A stretch of DNA of 64,000 nt from assembly GCA_002104905.1 (NCBI GenBank), contig MCFE01000459.1, forward strand, positions 1 to 64,000, written 5' to 3'. Positions within the stretch are counted from its first letter, which is position 1; every line of letters begins with the position of its first letter. Below are positions 24,101-37,521 of this stretch, one piece after another. This stretch comes from Basidiobolus meristosporus CBS 931.73 (taxonomy: Eukaryota > Fungi > Basidiobolomycota). The translations under genes and the position numbers were made by a program. A model generated the notes under the pieces. It saw only the letters and a list, made by a program, of their open reading frames with translations. It did no database searches and was not told where the DNA came from.

Positions 24101-25331
24101 AGCCATTCCTAATGAGGTGGATGAAGATATCAAGAAGATAATCCGTGATGAGGCCAGCAAATTTGTTGTACAGAATGAAACACTCTACCGAATTGTTGAT
24201 GGAAGCCCTATTGCCTATTGTCCTTATGTTGCTCGCCTGGATTTAATACATAAGCTACACAATGGATATGGACATCTTGGGATTGAAGGAACCTATAGCC
24301 TTGTAAAAGCCAGAGCATGGTGGCCCAGAATGAAACAAGACATTAAGAAGCTAGTAAAAACATGCCCAAACTGCCAAATCAATCAAGGCCAGCCACAAAG
24401 AATTGCCAAACTCTTCCCTTTGGAGCCTGTAAGACCATTTGAGAGATGGGGAATTGACTTTATTGGAAGACTGCCAACTACCAGGAAATGCAACCGTTGG
24501 ATCCTAGTAGCAATTGACCATGCCACTAAATGGCCAGTTGCTCAAGCTGTACCAATAGCCAGTGAACAAGAAGTTGCAAGTTTCATTTACCATGAGATCC
24601 TGATGAAGTTTGGATGCCCTGTGGAGATCTTATCCAATAGAGGTGCAAACTTTATGGCAAAGACATTAGAGGCTTACCTGGAAATGCAGCAGATCAGACA
24701 CTTGAAAACCTCGGCATATCACCCCAGAACTAATGGAGTCACTGAGCGGTTTAATGGATTATTTGGAAAAATGCTGACCAAGTATGCAAATGGAGTTGTC
24801 AGTAGATGGGATGAGTATATAGACCAAGCACTCTTTGCATGCAGAGTCAGAGTACACAACACCACCCAGCAATCACCATTTTACTTAGTTTATGGATGTG
24901 AACCAAGGATTCCAGGAGATCTCACACAACCAAAGCTTACAGACACCTTAGAAGATGAACTCAGTCAGCCAAGTAGACACCAGCAACTGGAACAAAGACG
25001 TCAAGAGGCACAGACCAAAGTATCTCAAAGTGCAGAAAAGATGAAGCAGAGATTTGATAAGACTATAGCACCAGAAGCATTGACAGTTGGGAACTTTGTA
25101 TTGCTAAGAAACAACACTTGGAAGAAGTTTAAGCCACAATGGACAGGACCATTCAAGATCATCAGAGAATGTCCATTTGCAACTTACCAACTGGTGGACA
25201 AACAAGGCAATATCCGGGAAGACTTAGTGCATAGGGACAGACTCAAGCTTGCAAGACTTGCTGATAATACTGAACCATCAAGATATTGGTATCACAAGAA
25301 AAGAGATTCAGGAGAACCCTCTCAACTTTAG
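21198..25331 (+). CDS. gag-pol: Gag-Pol polyprotein (Gag, CCHC knuckle, aspartic protease, RT, RNase H, integrase with GPF motif; no chromodomain)
   Basis: 1377 aa, uninterrupted: [55 protein letters not shown]...SNRG...TERFNG, WTGPF. The second IN catalytic D reads N. Confidence 0.96.
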   Translation: MSDNQEWKNAMQQILAQQQQLLQILSQQQQGMTTMAQSQQSPVKSNFSVKVNRYHGRVNENLGTWLFQIEEAFKAKGIAPESKLHYAASYLADAALQWYHNKIRSATMMGCSTISTWDEFVSEIQDAFEPPHQQTLLRRKLKTLRQKGMVQEYIYEYRCLLGQIERMDPLDQVEYFIDGLKERTRKEVNYRRPQTIEEAIKIAIDYDSAMFGVGKPTVTSQKGYNHYERRQSEAVPMEIDAMQKNPSSEECKKRGLCFNCHQQGHIAKYCPQRRNGHQPTRTFNHIESHEHNNEEDELEEDSELTFHMTEEYLSQMTSNSGKLLYLNGAINGVPAKIMIDSGASHEYMSEQFALKAGINSEPTKSTSVSTADGNSHIINRITQPVRMKINDYEEDLQAYIFGNCKFDLVLGKTWLFCRNPSINWRTHATQIQKDNKTYELLPARLDFNLVNSSVCETSELSKTQFCRALRKGTQMFLMAVLQEDSSVPAPQQVQTLLKKYSDVFPDELVSLPPVRDVDHAIDTGDSPPVSKTPYRMSPLELEEMKKQIDQLLEQGYIRPSKSPWGAPVLFVKKKDGTLRMCIDYRALNSVTVKNKYPIPRIDELLDQLNGATIFSKIDLMSGYNQIRVKPEDIPKTAFRTRYGHYKYLVMSFGLTNAPATFMTLMQTVFQEYLDKFVIIYLDDILIYSKTEKDHMVHIEKVLKKLRENKLYGKLAKCEFFKEHVEYLGHIVTSTGVTLDPKKVEVIKNLKQPHSISELRSFLGMVSYYRRFVKSFASIAAPLTDILKKDNTYKWDIACETAFQTLKNELAKLPSLRIPDFRKEFTLCTDASDYAIGGVLSQEHEGKDYPVAFESKKLNSAEQNYPVHEKEMLAIIHCLKTWRCYIEGVKCTVKTDHASLKYIFTQKVLSRRMTRWSEYIQQFDLEIVYCPGKNNTVADALSRLDQVAQLNLVHESDWPSLLPKYLEDQAIPNEVDEDIKKIIRDEASKFVVQNETLYRIVDGSPIAYCPYVARLDLIHKLHNGYGHLGIEGTYSLVKARAWWPRMKQDIKKLVKTCPNCQINQGQPQRIAKLFPLEPVRPFERWGIDFIGRLPTTRKCNRWILVAIDHATKWPVAQAVPIASEQEVASFIYHEILMKFGCPVEILSNRGANFMAKTLEAYLEMQQIRHLKTSAYHPRTNGVTERFNGLFGKMLTKYANGVVSRWDEYIDQALFACRVRVHNTTQQSPFYLVYGCEPRIPGDLTQPKLTDTLEDELSQPSRHQQLEQRRQEAQTKVSQSAEKMKQRFDKTIAPEALTVGNFVLLRNNTWKKFKPQWTGPFKIIRECPFATYQLVDKQGNIREDLVHRDRLKLARLADNTEPSRYWYHKKRDSGEPSQL

Positions 25332-25341
25332 TAGGGGAGAA
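25330..25341 (+). promoter_or_regulatory. Gypsy-A polypurine tract
   Basis: AGTAGGGGAGAA immediately upstream of the 3' LTR. Confidence 0.85.
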
Positions 25342-25709
25342 TGTTATGATCTGCCGCTTGAATGTTTAAGTTAGATCAGTTTTTAGTCAAATCAGTTAGT
25401 ATATGTTTAGGTTATCAGTACATCAGTATTATCTATGAAATCAGTAGCATTAGTCAGCAAATGAATCAGCAGATCCTTATCAGACAGAAATAGATATATT
25501 AAGTAGGATCTTATTGGGTGATGATGATGCAATCAAATGAGTCATCAGCCACAACCTACATTAGGAAATACAATTAGTCAGCAATTGATCTGGCAAAATG
25601 TATATAAGGAGCTGCTGGAACCTCAATAAAAATCAGTTCAAGTTTTAGTGAATACAATACTAGCTAAACTCCCTATTCCTCTACAACTCTTATACCAAGA
25701 CTTGTAACA
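25342..25709 (+). repeat. Gypsy-A 3' LTR
   Basis: Direct repeat of 20772-21139. Confidence 0.96.
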
Positions 25710-27499
25710 GTTGATTGTACACAACTTCCTCATCCCCCTCACTCTCAAATTATTCTTAATACAATACTTACCATGATATTAATCTTGTGCATACAACTGC
25801 TAGTATCTTGTTGTAGAACTCATGCCACTGCTGTCTTTTCAGATTTTTTCATCTCTGTCAACTCCCTAAGGTAGCCAGGTCTCTCAGATTTATATGTAAT
25901 GCCCAAGAATATGCAAGAAGATTCATCATAGACACTAAGCCAAACCAAAATATTTGATAATAGTTTAAGCAGATCCCAAAAATTACTTCTCTAGTCTGGA
26001 CTATGCTTGTGAGCTTGGGATTGATTTTGTCAAAGTTGAACTTAAGATGAGTTAAGGCTTAGTATAAGTAACATAATGATGGATATGTATGCTATCACAA
26101 AAGTTTTTGGCATTTTCTTAGTCTTGTTTGAAATGCACATGAAAACCAGTGTGATTGTTGCACTCTCAAAATATTGTGCTTGGTGCATATTAGATTTATA
26201 TTGGCACAGATCAGAGAGCATCAGTTGCAGATTTCCTATCTCAAAATAGACTTATGAGTAATTTATTCATAAAATCAGCAAGTCATTGCTTGAGGATAAT
26301 TCTTGCAATCTAATGATGAAATACATTGTAATTGGTGATTTGATCATAATGCAAGGAAGGTCATATAAACTAAGCTGATTGCACATAATCAACTCAACTC
26401 ATGCTGCCTTATTCACTTTCCAATCATAATATTATGTATATATCTGAATGAACCATTGTTGCAAATCCCATCACTACCAATGAGCTCCCTGTTAACACAT
26501 TATAGAAGATCTTTACAAAATATTATGAACTATGATCCCTACTCTACTCAAGAAGATCCCTTGTTAAGCTCCTCTGCTATTACAAGAAGTACTGTCATAC
26601 AAGGTTTAATTCCTTTTTCCTTGCAGACAAAAGTTCTGGAAATTATCATACCCAGCTGACAGCAATGAAGAATTACCTTTGTAAGAAGGCACTCTGGGTG
26701 GAGAATTATATAGAAGTTGGTGCAGGGCAGAAGTGCTTGGTAGACCTGGCTGATAAAGTGGTAAATTTTTCAACAGATGATTGCTTTACAGTCAATAGAA
26801 AGACAAGGTATGGTGTGCTTGGCAGAAAGCCAAAACTACACTCTCAGCTTTTCAAACAATGCAGAGTAAAAGTAGAGCATTCCTAGTTTCTGAAAAAATT
26901 AAGCATATTGGCAGGTTGACACAGTAGAGAGTCAGGTATAGGTGAGAACAGTAGGGTGGGTAAAACAGTCAAGATACTTATAAATTCAGAGTATATTTAT
27001 ACAAGAAGATATTCACTGAGAGAAATGTGTCTGGATCATTATGAAGTATTAAGAAAGCCAGAAAAGAGCTGTTCTGAGTTATGTAGGCAAGATAGATCAA
27101 ATTATCAGTAATTGCTTCCTGCTGATTGCATTGTGTTAGAAATTATGGAGCCAGATAGTGTTGTGCAGTGCCAGCTCAATCCAGAACTATACACAGGCTG
27201 AAACTATGTAGAGTATCAAAAAATACAAGGCTACTATCCTCTACCAGGTCAGAGCTCATTTGGACTAGTCTCAGAGTTTCCTAAAATTCTGCACCTCACC
27301 AATTTCTGCTGATTAGCAAATATGTTACACAATGAGTACTAAGTGAATTATCTCAGATACATCATTAATTTGCTACTAGCTCAAAATATAATAGATATCA
27401 GGTGGAATCTTAGTTACTTCAATATCACATTTTTTCTTTTGTGTCCCAGTTGCTCTAATGGCCCTTAGACATGCTGTCAAATATGCTAATCAGTATTAC

Positions 27500-28830
27500 T
27501 TTTGATGTTCTGGAAATGTGCACCCTAGTTTCAATGATTGATCAAGGATTTTCTCCAGCACAAAAGCAATCTAGCAAATGCTGAACAAAGGTAGTAATGG
27601 AACTGATGCTACAGATAATGCACACTTATTCTGTGAGCTTATTTACAGTGGTTTTGTCCAAGGTCTAATACCAGTGTTTTATCACCTGAATCAAAGAAGT
27701 CAATGATCAAATCTCTAAATGATCCAAATTTGATTGCAAAGTTGTCTCTGCATTTTAGTGATCAAGATAGGTTGTTCCAACTGCATACAGTTGTACCAAT
27801 GTTACTTGGTTTTTTTTTTCAAGTCGGGATCATTGTGCCAAGTCTTGATAAAGTATTTGTAGAGGGACAGGGGATTTAGCAAGCTTTGCAATTACTACAT
27901 CTTGAACTGGTTATTATAGACGCTACAGTAGCTCCTTATGTGCTATTGACTTATTATATTGCATGATTCTCACCCAATAACATTGCACCTAAAATATTTA
28001 CTGCTTTCTAGTAAAGATTTAGTGACTTATAGGCAACCAATGCTACTGACTTTGCAGATTGCATCTATATATTGATTGACTAAGCATAAATACAGCATGA
28101 TTTAAGCAAAAACCAATTATGATCAAGTAAACACACAATATAATGTAATGTTCTTACTAAAGTGTTTGGTATTGTCATTCACTTTTATACCAAATCTGCC
28201 ATTTTTTGACTATTGTCTTAGCTACTTGTGTATGAATATTGAGTATTTTGCCTCCTATGTGAGCAATCCAGGCTTCAAATTTGGTCATGTTAAATTACAC
28301 CAGATGAGGTTGTAGACCTAGCCTGAATACTGCATGCTGATATGCTCACTTTCCTGACAAAGGCTGCTGGGGTAGAGGATATCTCCACTGGGACTCATTT
28401 GTCAATACAGCAAGTATAACTTGGTCATGGTCATGTGCAGCAGCATTTGTTGGCTTAACTTACTATGAAGGCAGAGCTCCTTGCTTAGAGCACTATGAAG
28501 TTGCCTATAGTTGCACTTTGTTGTGCTGTGACAGGCTTGTGTCAAATTGGCAGCTTTGCAAGCTTTGGTAGTGTTGCTCTAAAGTTCACATATTGACTTA
28601 GTGAAAGGAATCTCAATGGAGACTGTTAGCATTAGTTGTAATAACATATGCCAGTATGCTGGCATTGTAATACTAAGCAAAGACTCCAGTAGCTCATACT
28701 GTTAGGTTTATTGGGCCACCTGTTGAAGGTTGACATTTCCAACTATTCAGAGCAAACACTCATCAATATCCAAGATCTTGATTGTTTCTTGGAGTAATCA
28801 AACAGGAGTCATCTATTGAATGAGATGTGT
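27500..28830 (-). pseudogene. Highly diverged PHIS-like ORF2 and downstream remnant
   Basis: Patchy similarity to 10100-11100, e.g. TTTTTTC-AAGTCGGGATCATT at ~27820 and GCTACTTGTGTAT...GTATTTTGCCTCCTA at ~28220. Confidence 0.45.
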
Positions 28831-31091
28831 CAGATATAGAATGAATAGTGCATAAAGCTGCTATAGCACTGCTATGAGTAATGCAAATACAAATTACCAC
28901 AGATTCCAATTGTTAAATGCCACTACCAACATTATGCTGAATATAGTAGTGCCAGAAGGTACACATTGTACTGAGCTGATCTAGCACTAGTGAACAAGCC
29001 CATTAGCTAATTCTCTGTTTCAGATTGATTATCAGCATAAAATGAAGGTTCAAGTAACCGTGAAGGATGTTCATTCATAAAGACTTTACACTATGTCAAA
29101 GGAAGACTTCTCCATGATGAACTCAGGCGTAATGATCAAGCAGAGAAAATCAAAGATAATGCTTTATTCAGCTCAGAAAGGTACTCAGAAAAGAAGGGAA
29201 AACAACAAAACCAAAGAAAACCTGGTTGCTGCAACTATTGTAAAAAGCCAGGACACTGGGCAAGAGAATTCAAGAAGAAACAAGCAGACAAAAAACAAAA
29301 ACAAGAGCAGTCCAACCATATGACTACTGATGAACAGTTATTTGCAACCGTACAAGAGAGTGCAAGAATCCAAAGTAATGAATGGTATATTGACTCTAGA
29401 GCCTCACAGCATATTTGTGGTATAAAGGAGTGGTTCAGCAACTTAAAAACTATTCCTGTAAGAAAGGTTTATCTGGGAGACTTCTCTGCTCTGGAAGCAA
29501 CCGCAAGTGGGTCTATACAACTAAATTTGAGCAATAGCTCAGGGGCAACCGCAGCAAGACTCACTGAAGTACTCTATATACCTGGAATAGCTAAGAACCT
29601 ACTCTCAGTCCGTAAAGCAACTGATCAGGGACTGAAATTTGCTTTTACTAAGATGTGCTGCTCAATATTGAGAGAGAATGGACAAAATCTAGCTTTGGGA
29701 AACAGTGATCACAATATATACAAGTTACAATGCAAGATCATTGTACCTGAGTATGTCAACATTGCTGAAGCTGATGAAACCAGCTGGGAGACATGGCATA
29801 GGAGGCCAGGACACATTGGGGAACAGAAAATGAGCCAATTGGTGAAGCATCAGCTTGTTTTGGGCCTAAAATACTCAATTCCAATCAAATTGAATGTTTG
29901 TATGGGATGTTCATATGGCAAACAAGCTAGGCAATGATTCAAGAGCTCAGAATGCATCAATACCACCAAAATATTGGCTATGGTATACTTAGACATATGT
30001 GGCCCCATGAAAACACTGTCCTTTGGAGCCAAGAGATACTTTATAAAGCTTATTGATGTCAAAACAAGATATACATGGGTGTACTTTCCTCAAAACAAAG
30101 GATGAAGCTTTAAAGAGGTTTAAGCACTTCAAGAACATGGCAGAAACACAAACTGGATGTAATTTGAAGGTACTACAAGGAGACAATGGAGGAGAATACT
30201 GTTCAAAGGAGTTTGCAAAATACTGCTTGTCTACTGGTATACTCCAACAGACCACAGTTCCTCATACTCCACAGCAAAATGGAGCACCAGAACATGCAAA
30301 TAGAACAATAGTAGAGATGGGAACATCTATGCTACATGATAAGGGAATGGACTACAAGTTTTGGGCTGAATCTGTTGCTACCACAGTATACATCAGGAAC
30401 AGATGCCCAACAACAGCATTACGTGATTCTACACCCTTTTGAGGCATATACAGGCTGAAAACAAGATCTCCAGCACCTCAAGATCATTGGCAGTGATGTT
30501 TTTTATCACATTCCTGACAAAAAACGCTCAAAGTTGGAACCAAAGAGTAGAAAGGGATCTTTCTTGGGTACTGTAAAGATACTAAGAGGTATAGAGTGTA
30601 TGATGGCAAAATTCAGAAGCTGATCAGAGCAGGGACATTGTATTTGAGGAGAATTCAGATCAGAAAGCCACAAAAATCATTGGCCAGCTGCCTGATGATG
30701 TAATCAACACTCATGAAGAAGATGTGGAAATATTGGACTATTTGGTATCATTCAGCAGCTAAAAATTTACTTAACAATTCTAGGCTAGTCTTAGTCACTG
30801 TAGTACTCATTTACTGCCTTAACTTTGCCACTTTCTCCAGATATATGATCTTATGATTATTCCCTTATAGTCAGGATCAAATTAGCACTATTACCAAACA
30901 TTATGTACTAACCCTGAAACTGTTACAGAATGCTCCTGAATATTGATAAACCCTCCCTACTCAGTGTTGCAGCTGTATTACTTCTACAAAGGTATAAATA
31001 CTGAGCTTCTGTATGAATAAACAACAGTTCAACTATTATCACTATTTCTTGATAAGTTCCTTATATCCAAATCACTTCTTAAATTGTAACA

Positions 31092-31102
31092 GGTTATGAG
31101 CC
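31092..31102 (+). promoter_or_regulatory. Copia-C PBS, half-tRNAiMet (anticodon-arm) type
   Basis: GGTTATGAGCC directly after the LTR, complementary to GGCUCAUAACC of initiator tRNA (copia/Ty5-type priming). Confidence 0.8.
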
Positions 31103-31127
31103 ACGATTGCCTTAATCTATTCTAAAG

Positions 31128-34100
31128 ATGACTTCTACCAGCAAACAAAGCAATACCAACATCTTCCCTGTAAACGAGAGGTTTGATGGGAAGAACTACA
31201 GACTTTGGAGAATCAAGATGCAGATCCACCTTGAGGAAAGAAAGCTTTGGAACATAGTAACAGGAAAGGAAGTTGAGCCCAAAGGAACAGCAGAAGATGT
31301 GGAGAAGTTTCAAGAGAAGGAGAGAAAGGCCTTCAATGCAATATGCATCAATGTGCAAGACTCCTTCATTGGACAAATCCATGCCTCAAATACTGCCAAA
31401 GCAGCATGGGAATCCTTAGAGAAGATCTTTAGAGCAAAGTCCGTATCAAGCAAGCTTTATTTGAAACAAGAGTTCTTCAACATGAGAAAAATGCCAGATG
31501 ATGACATGCTACAACTCATTACCAGAATGGAGACACTTGCACAAGAACTTTACAGTATTAATGCTGGTGTAGATGATGAAGAAAGGATACTCTGTCTGCT
31601 TTGCAGCCTACCAGACGTATATGAGCCACTCATACTTTCTTTTGAAAGCAGAGAAGACAACTTGACTTTAGACTATGTCAAAGGAAGACTTCTCCATGAA
31701 GAACTCAGATGTAATGATCAAGCAGAGAAAATTGAATATAATGCTTTATTCAGTTCAGAAAGGCATACAGAAAAGAAGGGAAAGCAACAAAACCTAAGAA
31801 AACCTGGCTGCTGTAACTACTGTAAGAAGCCAGGACACTGGGCAAGAGAATGCAAGTAGAAACAAGCAGACAAAAAACAGAAACTGGAGCAGTCCAACCA
31901 TATAACTACTGATGAACAGTTATTTGTAACTGTACAAGAGTATGCAAGTAACCAAAGTAATGAATGGTATATTGACTCTGGAGCATCACAGCATATTTGT
32001 GCTATAAAGGATTGGTTCAGCAACTTAAAGACTATTCCCGTAAAAAAGGTTCACCTGGGAGATAACTCTGCATTGGAAGCTACCGCCAGTGGGTCTATAC
32101 AACTAAATATGAGTGATAACTCAGGGGCAACAACAGCAAAACTGACTGACATACTCTATGTACCTGGAATAGCTAAGAACCTACTCTCAGTCAGTAAAGC
32201 AACTACTCAGGGACTGAAATTTGATTTTACTATGCTGAGCTGCTCAATATTGAGTGAAAATGGACAAAAATTAGCTTTGGGAATCAGAGATCACAATATA
32301 TACAAGTTACAACGCAAGATCATTGTACCTGAGTATTTTAACATTGCTGAAACTGATGAAACCAACTGGGAGATGTGGCATAGGAGGCTTGGACACATAG
32401 GGGAACAGAAAATGAGCCAATTGGTGAAAAATCAGCTTGTTTTGGGCCTAAAGTACTCAATTCCAATCAAATTGAATGTTTGTAAGGGATGTTCATATGG
32501 CAAACAAGCTAGGCAACATTTCAAGAGCTCAGAAGGCATCAATATCACCGGAATATTGGCTATTGTACACTCAGACATATGTGGCCCCATGAGAACACTG
32601 TCCTTTGGAGCCAAGAGATACTTTATGACATTTATTGATGACAAGACAAGATATACATGGGTGTACTTCCTCAAAACAAAGGATGAAGCTTTAAAGAGGT
32701 TTAAGCACTTCAAGAACATGGCAGAAACACAAACTGGATGTAAATTGAAGGTACTACAAAGTGACAATGGAGGAGAATACTGCTCAAAGGAGTTTGCAAA
32801 ATACTGCTTGTCTACTGGTATACTTCAACAGACCACAGTTCCTCATACTCCACAGCAAAACAGAGTAGCAGAACGTGCAAATGTTACAAGTCTTGGTATA
32901 AGAGTTGTAGAGGAATAGGGAGTTTAGCTAGTATTGTATTCACTAAAACTTGAACTGATTTTTATTGAGGTTCCAGCAGCTCCTTATATACATTTTGCCA
33001 GATCAATTGCTGACTAATTGTATTTCTAATGTAGGTTGTGGTTGATGACTCATTTGATTGCATCATCATCACCCAATAAGATCCTACTTAATATATCTAT
33101 TTCTGTCTGATAAGGATCTGCTGATTCATTTGCTGACTAATGCTACTGATTTCATAGATAATACTGATATACTGATAACCTAAACATATACTAATTGATT
33201 TGACTAAAAACTGATCTAACTTAAACATTCAAGCGGCAGATCATAACACAAATAGAACAAAAGTAGAGATGGGAAGATCTATGCTACATGATCAGGGAAT
33301 GGACTACAAGTTTTGGGCTGAATCTGTTGCTACTGCTGTATACATCAAGAATAGATGCCCAACAACAGCACTACGTGATTCTACACCCTTTGAAGCATAT
33401 ATAGGCAAAAAACCCGATCTCCAGCATCTCAGGATCTTTGGCAGTGATATTTTTTATCACATCCCTGACAAAAGACGCTCAAAGTTGGAACCAAAGAGTA
33501 GAAAGGGATCTTTCTTGGGTACTGTAAAGATACTAAAGGGAATAGAGTGTATGATGGCAAAATTCAGAAGCTGATCAAGAGCAGGGACATTGTATTTGAG
33601 GAGAATTCAGATCAGAAAGCCACAGAAATCATTGGCCAGCTGCCTGATGATGAAATCAACACAAATGAAGAAGATACGTACCAAATCCAGCCAGAGATGG
33701 ATGATACTTCTACCAGTTCCAGATCAGAACAGATTATCCCAGTTAGGAGATCTACCAGAATAAGAAATGCCCCTGGATCCTGGTGGCAGACATCCAATGA
33801 TCATGAAGAAGCTTATCTTGCCTTATATGCCAAACCTCAGAATCTGGAACAGGCAATGCAAGGTCCAGATGCTACTAAGTGGCAACAAGCCATGCAGGAG
33901 GAGTACCAATCACTGATCAAGGCAAAAACGTGGGAACTGGTAAACTTACCAAATGTGAGAAAGCCAATAGGATGTAGATGGGTCTACAAGATCAAGATAA
34001 CCTCTAATGGTGCCGTTGATAAGTACAAGACTAGATTGGTAGCTAAAGGCTATTCCCAGATCCAGGGACTAGACTTTAAGGAAACATTTGCTTTGGTTGC

Positions 34101-35390
34101 CAAGTTTAACTCTATTAGGACAGTTGTAGCCCTGGCAGCTGTACACAGTCTAGATCTACACCAAATGGACGTCAAAACAGCCTTTCTAAATGGGGATTTG
34201 CAAGAAAGTATATATATGGAGCAACCAGAATGTTTTACTGATCCAAAAGGCCCACATAGGGTGTGCAAACTTAGAAAATTGTTGTATGGGCTTAAGCAGG
34301 CACCCAGAACATGGTATAACAAGATTGATACATATCTAGAGGAAATTGGGTTCTCTTGTAGCACTGCAGATCACAGTATATATGTGAAACAGCTCAAAAA
34401 GGGTGTGATCATCGTAGTTCTTTATGTGGACAACCTAATTATAGCTTCAAGTGATCAAGAGGCACTTAAACAGACAAAATCATATCTCTTCAGCAAGCTT
34501 GAGATGAAAGATCTTGGAAAATTGAGCTATTTTCTTGGATATGAGGTCAAATTTGACATACCTATGCAGAAAATTGTGCTGAATCAGTCTTAGTACATCA
34601 GGGACATTCTTAGACGCTTCAAAATGGAAAATTGCAAACCTGCAGAAACCCCTATGGACAATAACCTGAAATTAAGCAAATCTCAGCCAGTTATAGATGA
34701 AAATGGCTCAAATATGGACCAAAACTTTCCCTATCAATCAATGGTTGGAAGCCTAATGTACTTGATGGTGTCTACACGTCCAGATATTGCAGTAGCAGTT
34801 GGAATAGTCAGTCAATTCATGCAGAATTATGGATCAGATCAAATTGCAGCAGTTAAGCGGATTTTCCAATATCTACAAGGTACCATAAATATGGTACTGG
34901 AATACTCTGGAGCAGCTAATAGGCAAAAATTTGATGGTTATAGTGATTCAGATTGGGGTAGGGATCTGATTGACAGACGATCTACCACAGGCAATGTATT
35001 TCTTTATGCTGGTGCAGCTATTACTTGGAATTGCAAGAAACAACCAACTGTGGCACTATCTACAACTGAAGCCAAATATATGGCTGCATGTCAAGCAACT
35101 AAGGAGGCTATATGGCTACAAAAATTATTCAAAGACTTAGGTTTTAATTAAGGTGAACCAACATGTATTTACAAGGATAATCAATGTTGTATTTCATTAG
35201 CTAGAAATCCTACTAATCATGCCAGAACTAAGCACATTGATATACAGCATCACTTTGTGAGGGAAGCTGTAGAAAGTAACTTAGTGGCACTGGTTTACTG
35301 CCCAACTGAAAAATGGTGGCAGACATATTGACAAAACCACTAGCTAGGCCACAGTTTGAGATCCTTAGAGAGAAATTGTGAGTAAGAAAT
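31128..35390 (+). pseudogene. gag-pol: Copia-C gag-pol, disrupted
   Basis: FDGKNY...W, CNYCKKPGHWAREC, WYIDSGAS, HSDICGP, SDNGGEY, YVDN, YSDSDW. Stops at 31857, 34591 and ~35149; solo LTR-A insertion; -1 frame change at ~33505. Confidence 0.9.
32882..33248 (-). mobile_element. Solo Gypsy-A LTR in the Copia-C integrase
   Basis: Reverse complement of the 368-bp LTR (about 3 substitutions and 1 indel); 4-bp TSD CAAA; removal restores ERANRT. Confidence 0.95.
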
Positions 35391-37154
35391 TATTTAGTTA
35401 AGGGGGAGTGTTGAAATATTGGACTGTTTGGTATCATTCAGCAGCTAAAAATTTACTTAACAATTCTAGGCTAGTCTTAGTCACTGTAGTACTCATTTAC
35501 TGCCTTAACTTTGCCACTTTCTCCAGATATATGATCTTATGATTATTCCCTTAGAGTCAGGATCAAATTAGCACTATTACCAAACATTATGTACTAACCC
35601 TGAAACTGTTACAGAATGCTCCTGAATATTGAGAAACCCTCCCTACTTAGTGTTGCAGATGTATTACTTCTACAAAGGTATAAATACTGAGCTTCTTTAT
35701 GAATAAACAACAGTTCAACTATTATCACTATTTCTTGATAAGTTCCTTATATCCAAATCACTTCTTAAATTGCAACAGAAGACATGTACCAAATCCAGCC
35801 AGATATGAAAGATATTACTACCAGTTGCAGATCAGAACAGATTGTCCCAGTTAGGAGATCTACCAGAATAAAAAATGCCCATGGATCCTGGTGGCAGACA
35901 TACAATGATCATGAAGAAGCTTATCTTGCCTTATGTGCCCAACCTCAGAATCTGGAACAGGCAATGCAAAGTCCAGATGCTCCTATGGGGCAACAAGCTA
36001 TGCAGGAGGAGTACCAATCACTGATCAAGGCAAAAATGTGGGAATTGGTAAACTTACCAAATGTGAGAAAGCCAATAGGATGTAGATGGGTCTACAAGGT
36101 CAAGATAACCTCAAATGGTGCTGTTGATAAGTACAAGGCTAGATTAGTGGCTCAAGGCTATTCCCAGATCCAGGAATGACCTGGTTATAACTACATGTGA
36201 CCAAGAGGAACTTAAACAGACAAAATCATATCTCTTCAGCAAGCTTGAGATGAAAGATCTTGGAAAATTGAGCTATTTTCTTGCAATTGAGGTCAAATTT
36301 GACATACCTGTGCAGAATATTGTGCTGAATCAGTCTAAGCACATCAGGGACATTCTTAGATGCTTTAAAATGAAAAATTGCAAACCTGAAGCTACCCCTA
36401 TGGACAATAACCCAAAAATAAGTAAATCTCAGTCAGTTATAGATGAAACAGCTCAAATATGGACCAAAACTTTCCCTAGCAGTCAATGGTTGGTAGCCTA
36501 ATGTACTTGATGGTGTTTACACGTCCAGATATTGCAGTGGCAGTTGGAATAGGTAGTCAATACATGCGGAATTATTGATCAGATCAAATTGCAGCAGTTA
36601 AGCGGATTTTCTGATATCTACAAGGTACCAAGAATATGGTACTGGAATACTCTGGAGCAGATAATAGGCAAAAATTCAATGGCTTTAGTGATTCAGATTG
36701 GGGTAGGGATCTGATTGACAGATGCTCTACCACAGACTATGTATTTCTTTATGCTGGTGCAGCTATTACTTGGAATTGCAAGAAACAACCAACTGTGGCC
36801 CTATCTACAACTGAAGCAGAATATATGGCTGCATTTCAAGCAACTAAGGAGGCTATATGGCTACCAAAATTATGCAAAGACTTGGGTTTTAATTCAGATG
36901 AGCCAACATGCACATACAAGGATTATCAAAGTTGTATTTCATTAGCTAGAAATCCTACTAATCATGCCAGAACTACGCACATTGATATACAGCATCACTT
37001 TGTGAGGGAAGCTGTAGAAAATAACTTAGTAGAGTTAGTGTACTGCCCAAATAACAAAATGGTGGCAGATATATTGACAAAACCACTAGCTAGGCCACAA
37101 TTTGAGAATCTCAGGGAGGAATTAGGATTAGGAAATTATTTAGTTGAGGGGGAT

Positions 37155-37521
37155 TGCTGCAATATTGGACTATTTGGTATCATTCTGCAGCTAAAAATTT
37201 ACTTAACAATTCTGGACTAGTCTTGCTCACTGTGGGACTAATTTACAGCTCTAACTTTGCCACTTTCTTCAGATCTATGATCTTATGATTATTCCCTTCT
37301 AGTCAGGATCAAATTAGCCCTAATATTAACCATTATGTACTAACCCTGAAACAGTTACAGAAGCTCCTGAGTATTGAGAAACCCTCCTTACTTAGTGTTA
37401 CAGCTGTATTACTCCTACAAAGGTTAATAACTGAGTCTCTTTATCAACACACAACAGTTCAACTATTATCACTATTTCTTGACAAGTTCCTTATATCCAA
37501 AACACTTCTTAAATTGCAGCA
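37155..37521 (+). repeat. Copia-C 3' LTR of the outer copy
   Basis: TGCTGCAATATTGG...AAATTGCAGCA after PPT AGTTGAGGGGGA; diverged copy of 35409-35777. Confidence 0.88.

Larger units (their letters stand above)
20772..25709 (+). mobile_element. Full-length Ty3/Gypsy LTR retrotransposon (Gypsy-A), 4938 bp
   Basis: Identical 368-bp TG...CA LTRs; 4-bp TSD GTTG (20768-20771, 25710-25713); PBS, PPT and a single gag-pol ORF. Confidence 0.97.
20000..27240 (+). mobile_element. Old degenerate PHIS copy hosting the intact Gypsy-A
   Basis: ORF2 remnant on the minus strand (20100-20770 and 25714-26100), transposase remnant on the plus strand (26440-27060), decayed DDE-side end at ~27130-27232. Confidence 0.65.
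30723..35777 (+). mobile_element. Full-length Ty1/Copia element (Copia-C, inner copy)
   Basis: 369-bp LTRs (30723-31091, 35409-35777) with about 8 mismatches; 5-bp TSD GAAGA; PBS GGTTATGAGCC; PPT AAGGGGGAG; Gag-PR-IN-RT-RH order. Confidence 0.95.
29060..37521 (+). mobile_element. Copia-C, outer copy (5'-truncated) hosting the inner Copia-C
   Basis: gag end, PR (WYIDSRAS), GAG-pre-integrase and IN at 29060-30722; RT (with an internal deletion at ~36177) and RNase H at 35783-37140; PPT; 3' LTR at 37155-37521. Confidence 0.88.

Noticed and set aside
25200-25331. Chromodomain or env-like ORF at the Gypsy-A 3' end
   Set aside because: IN ends about 60 aa after GPF with no aromatic-cage motif, and the stop codon abuts the PPT, leaving no room for an extra ORF.
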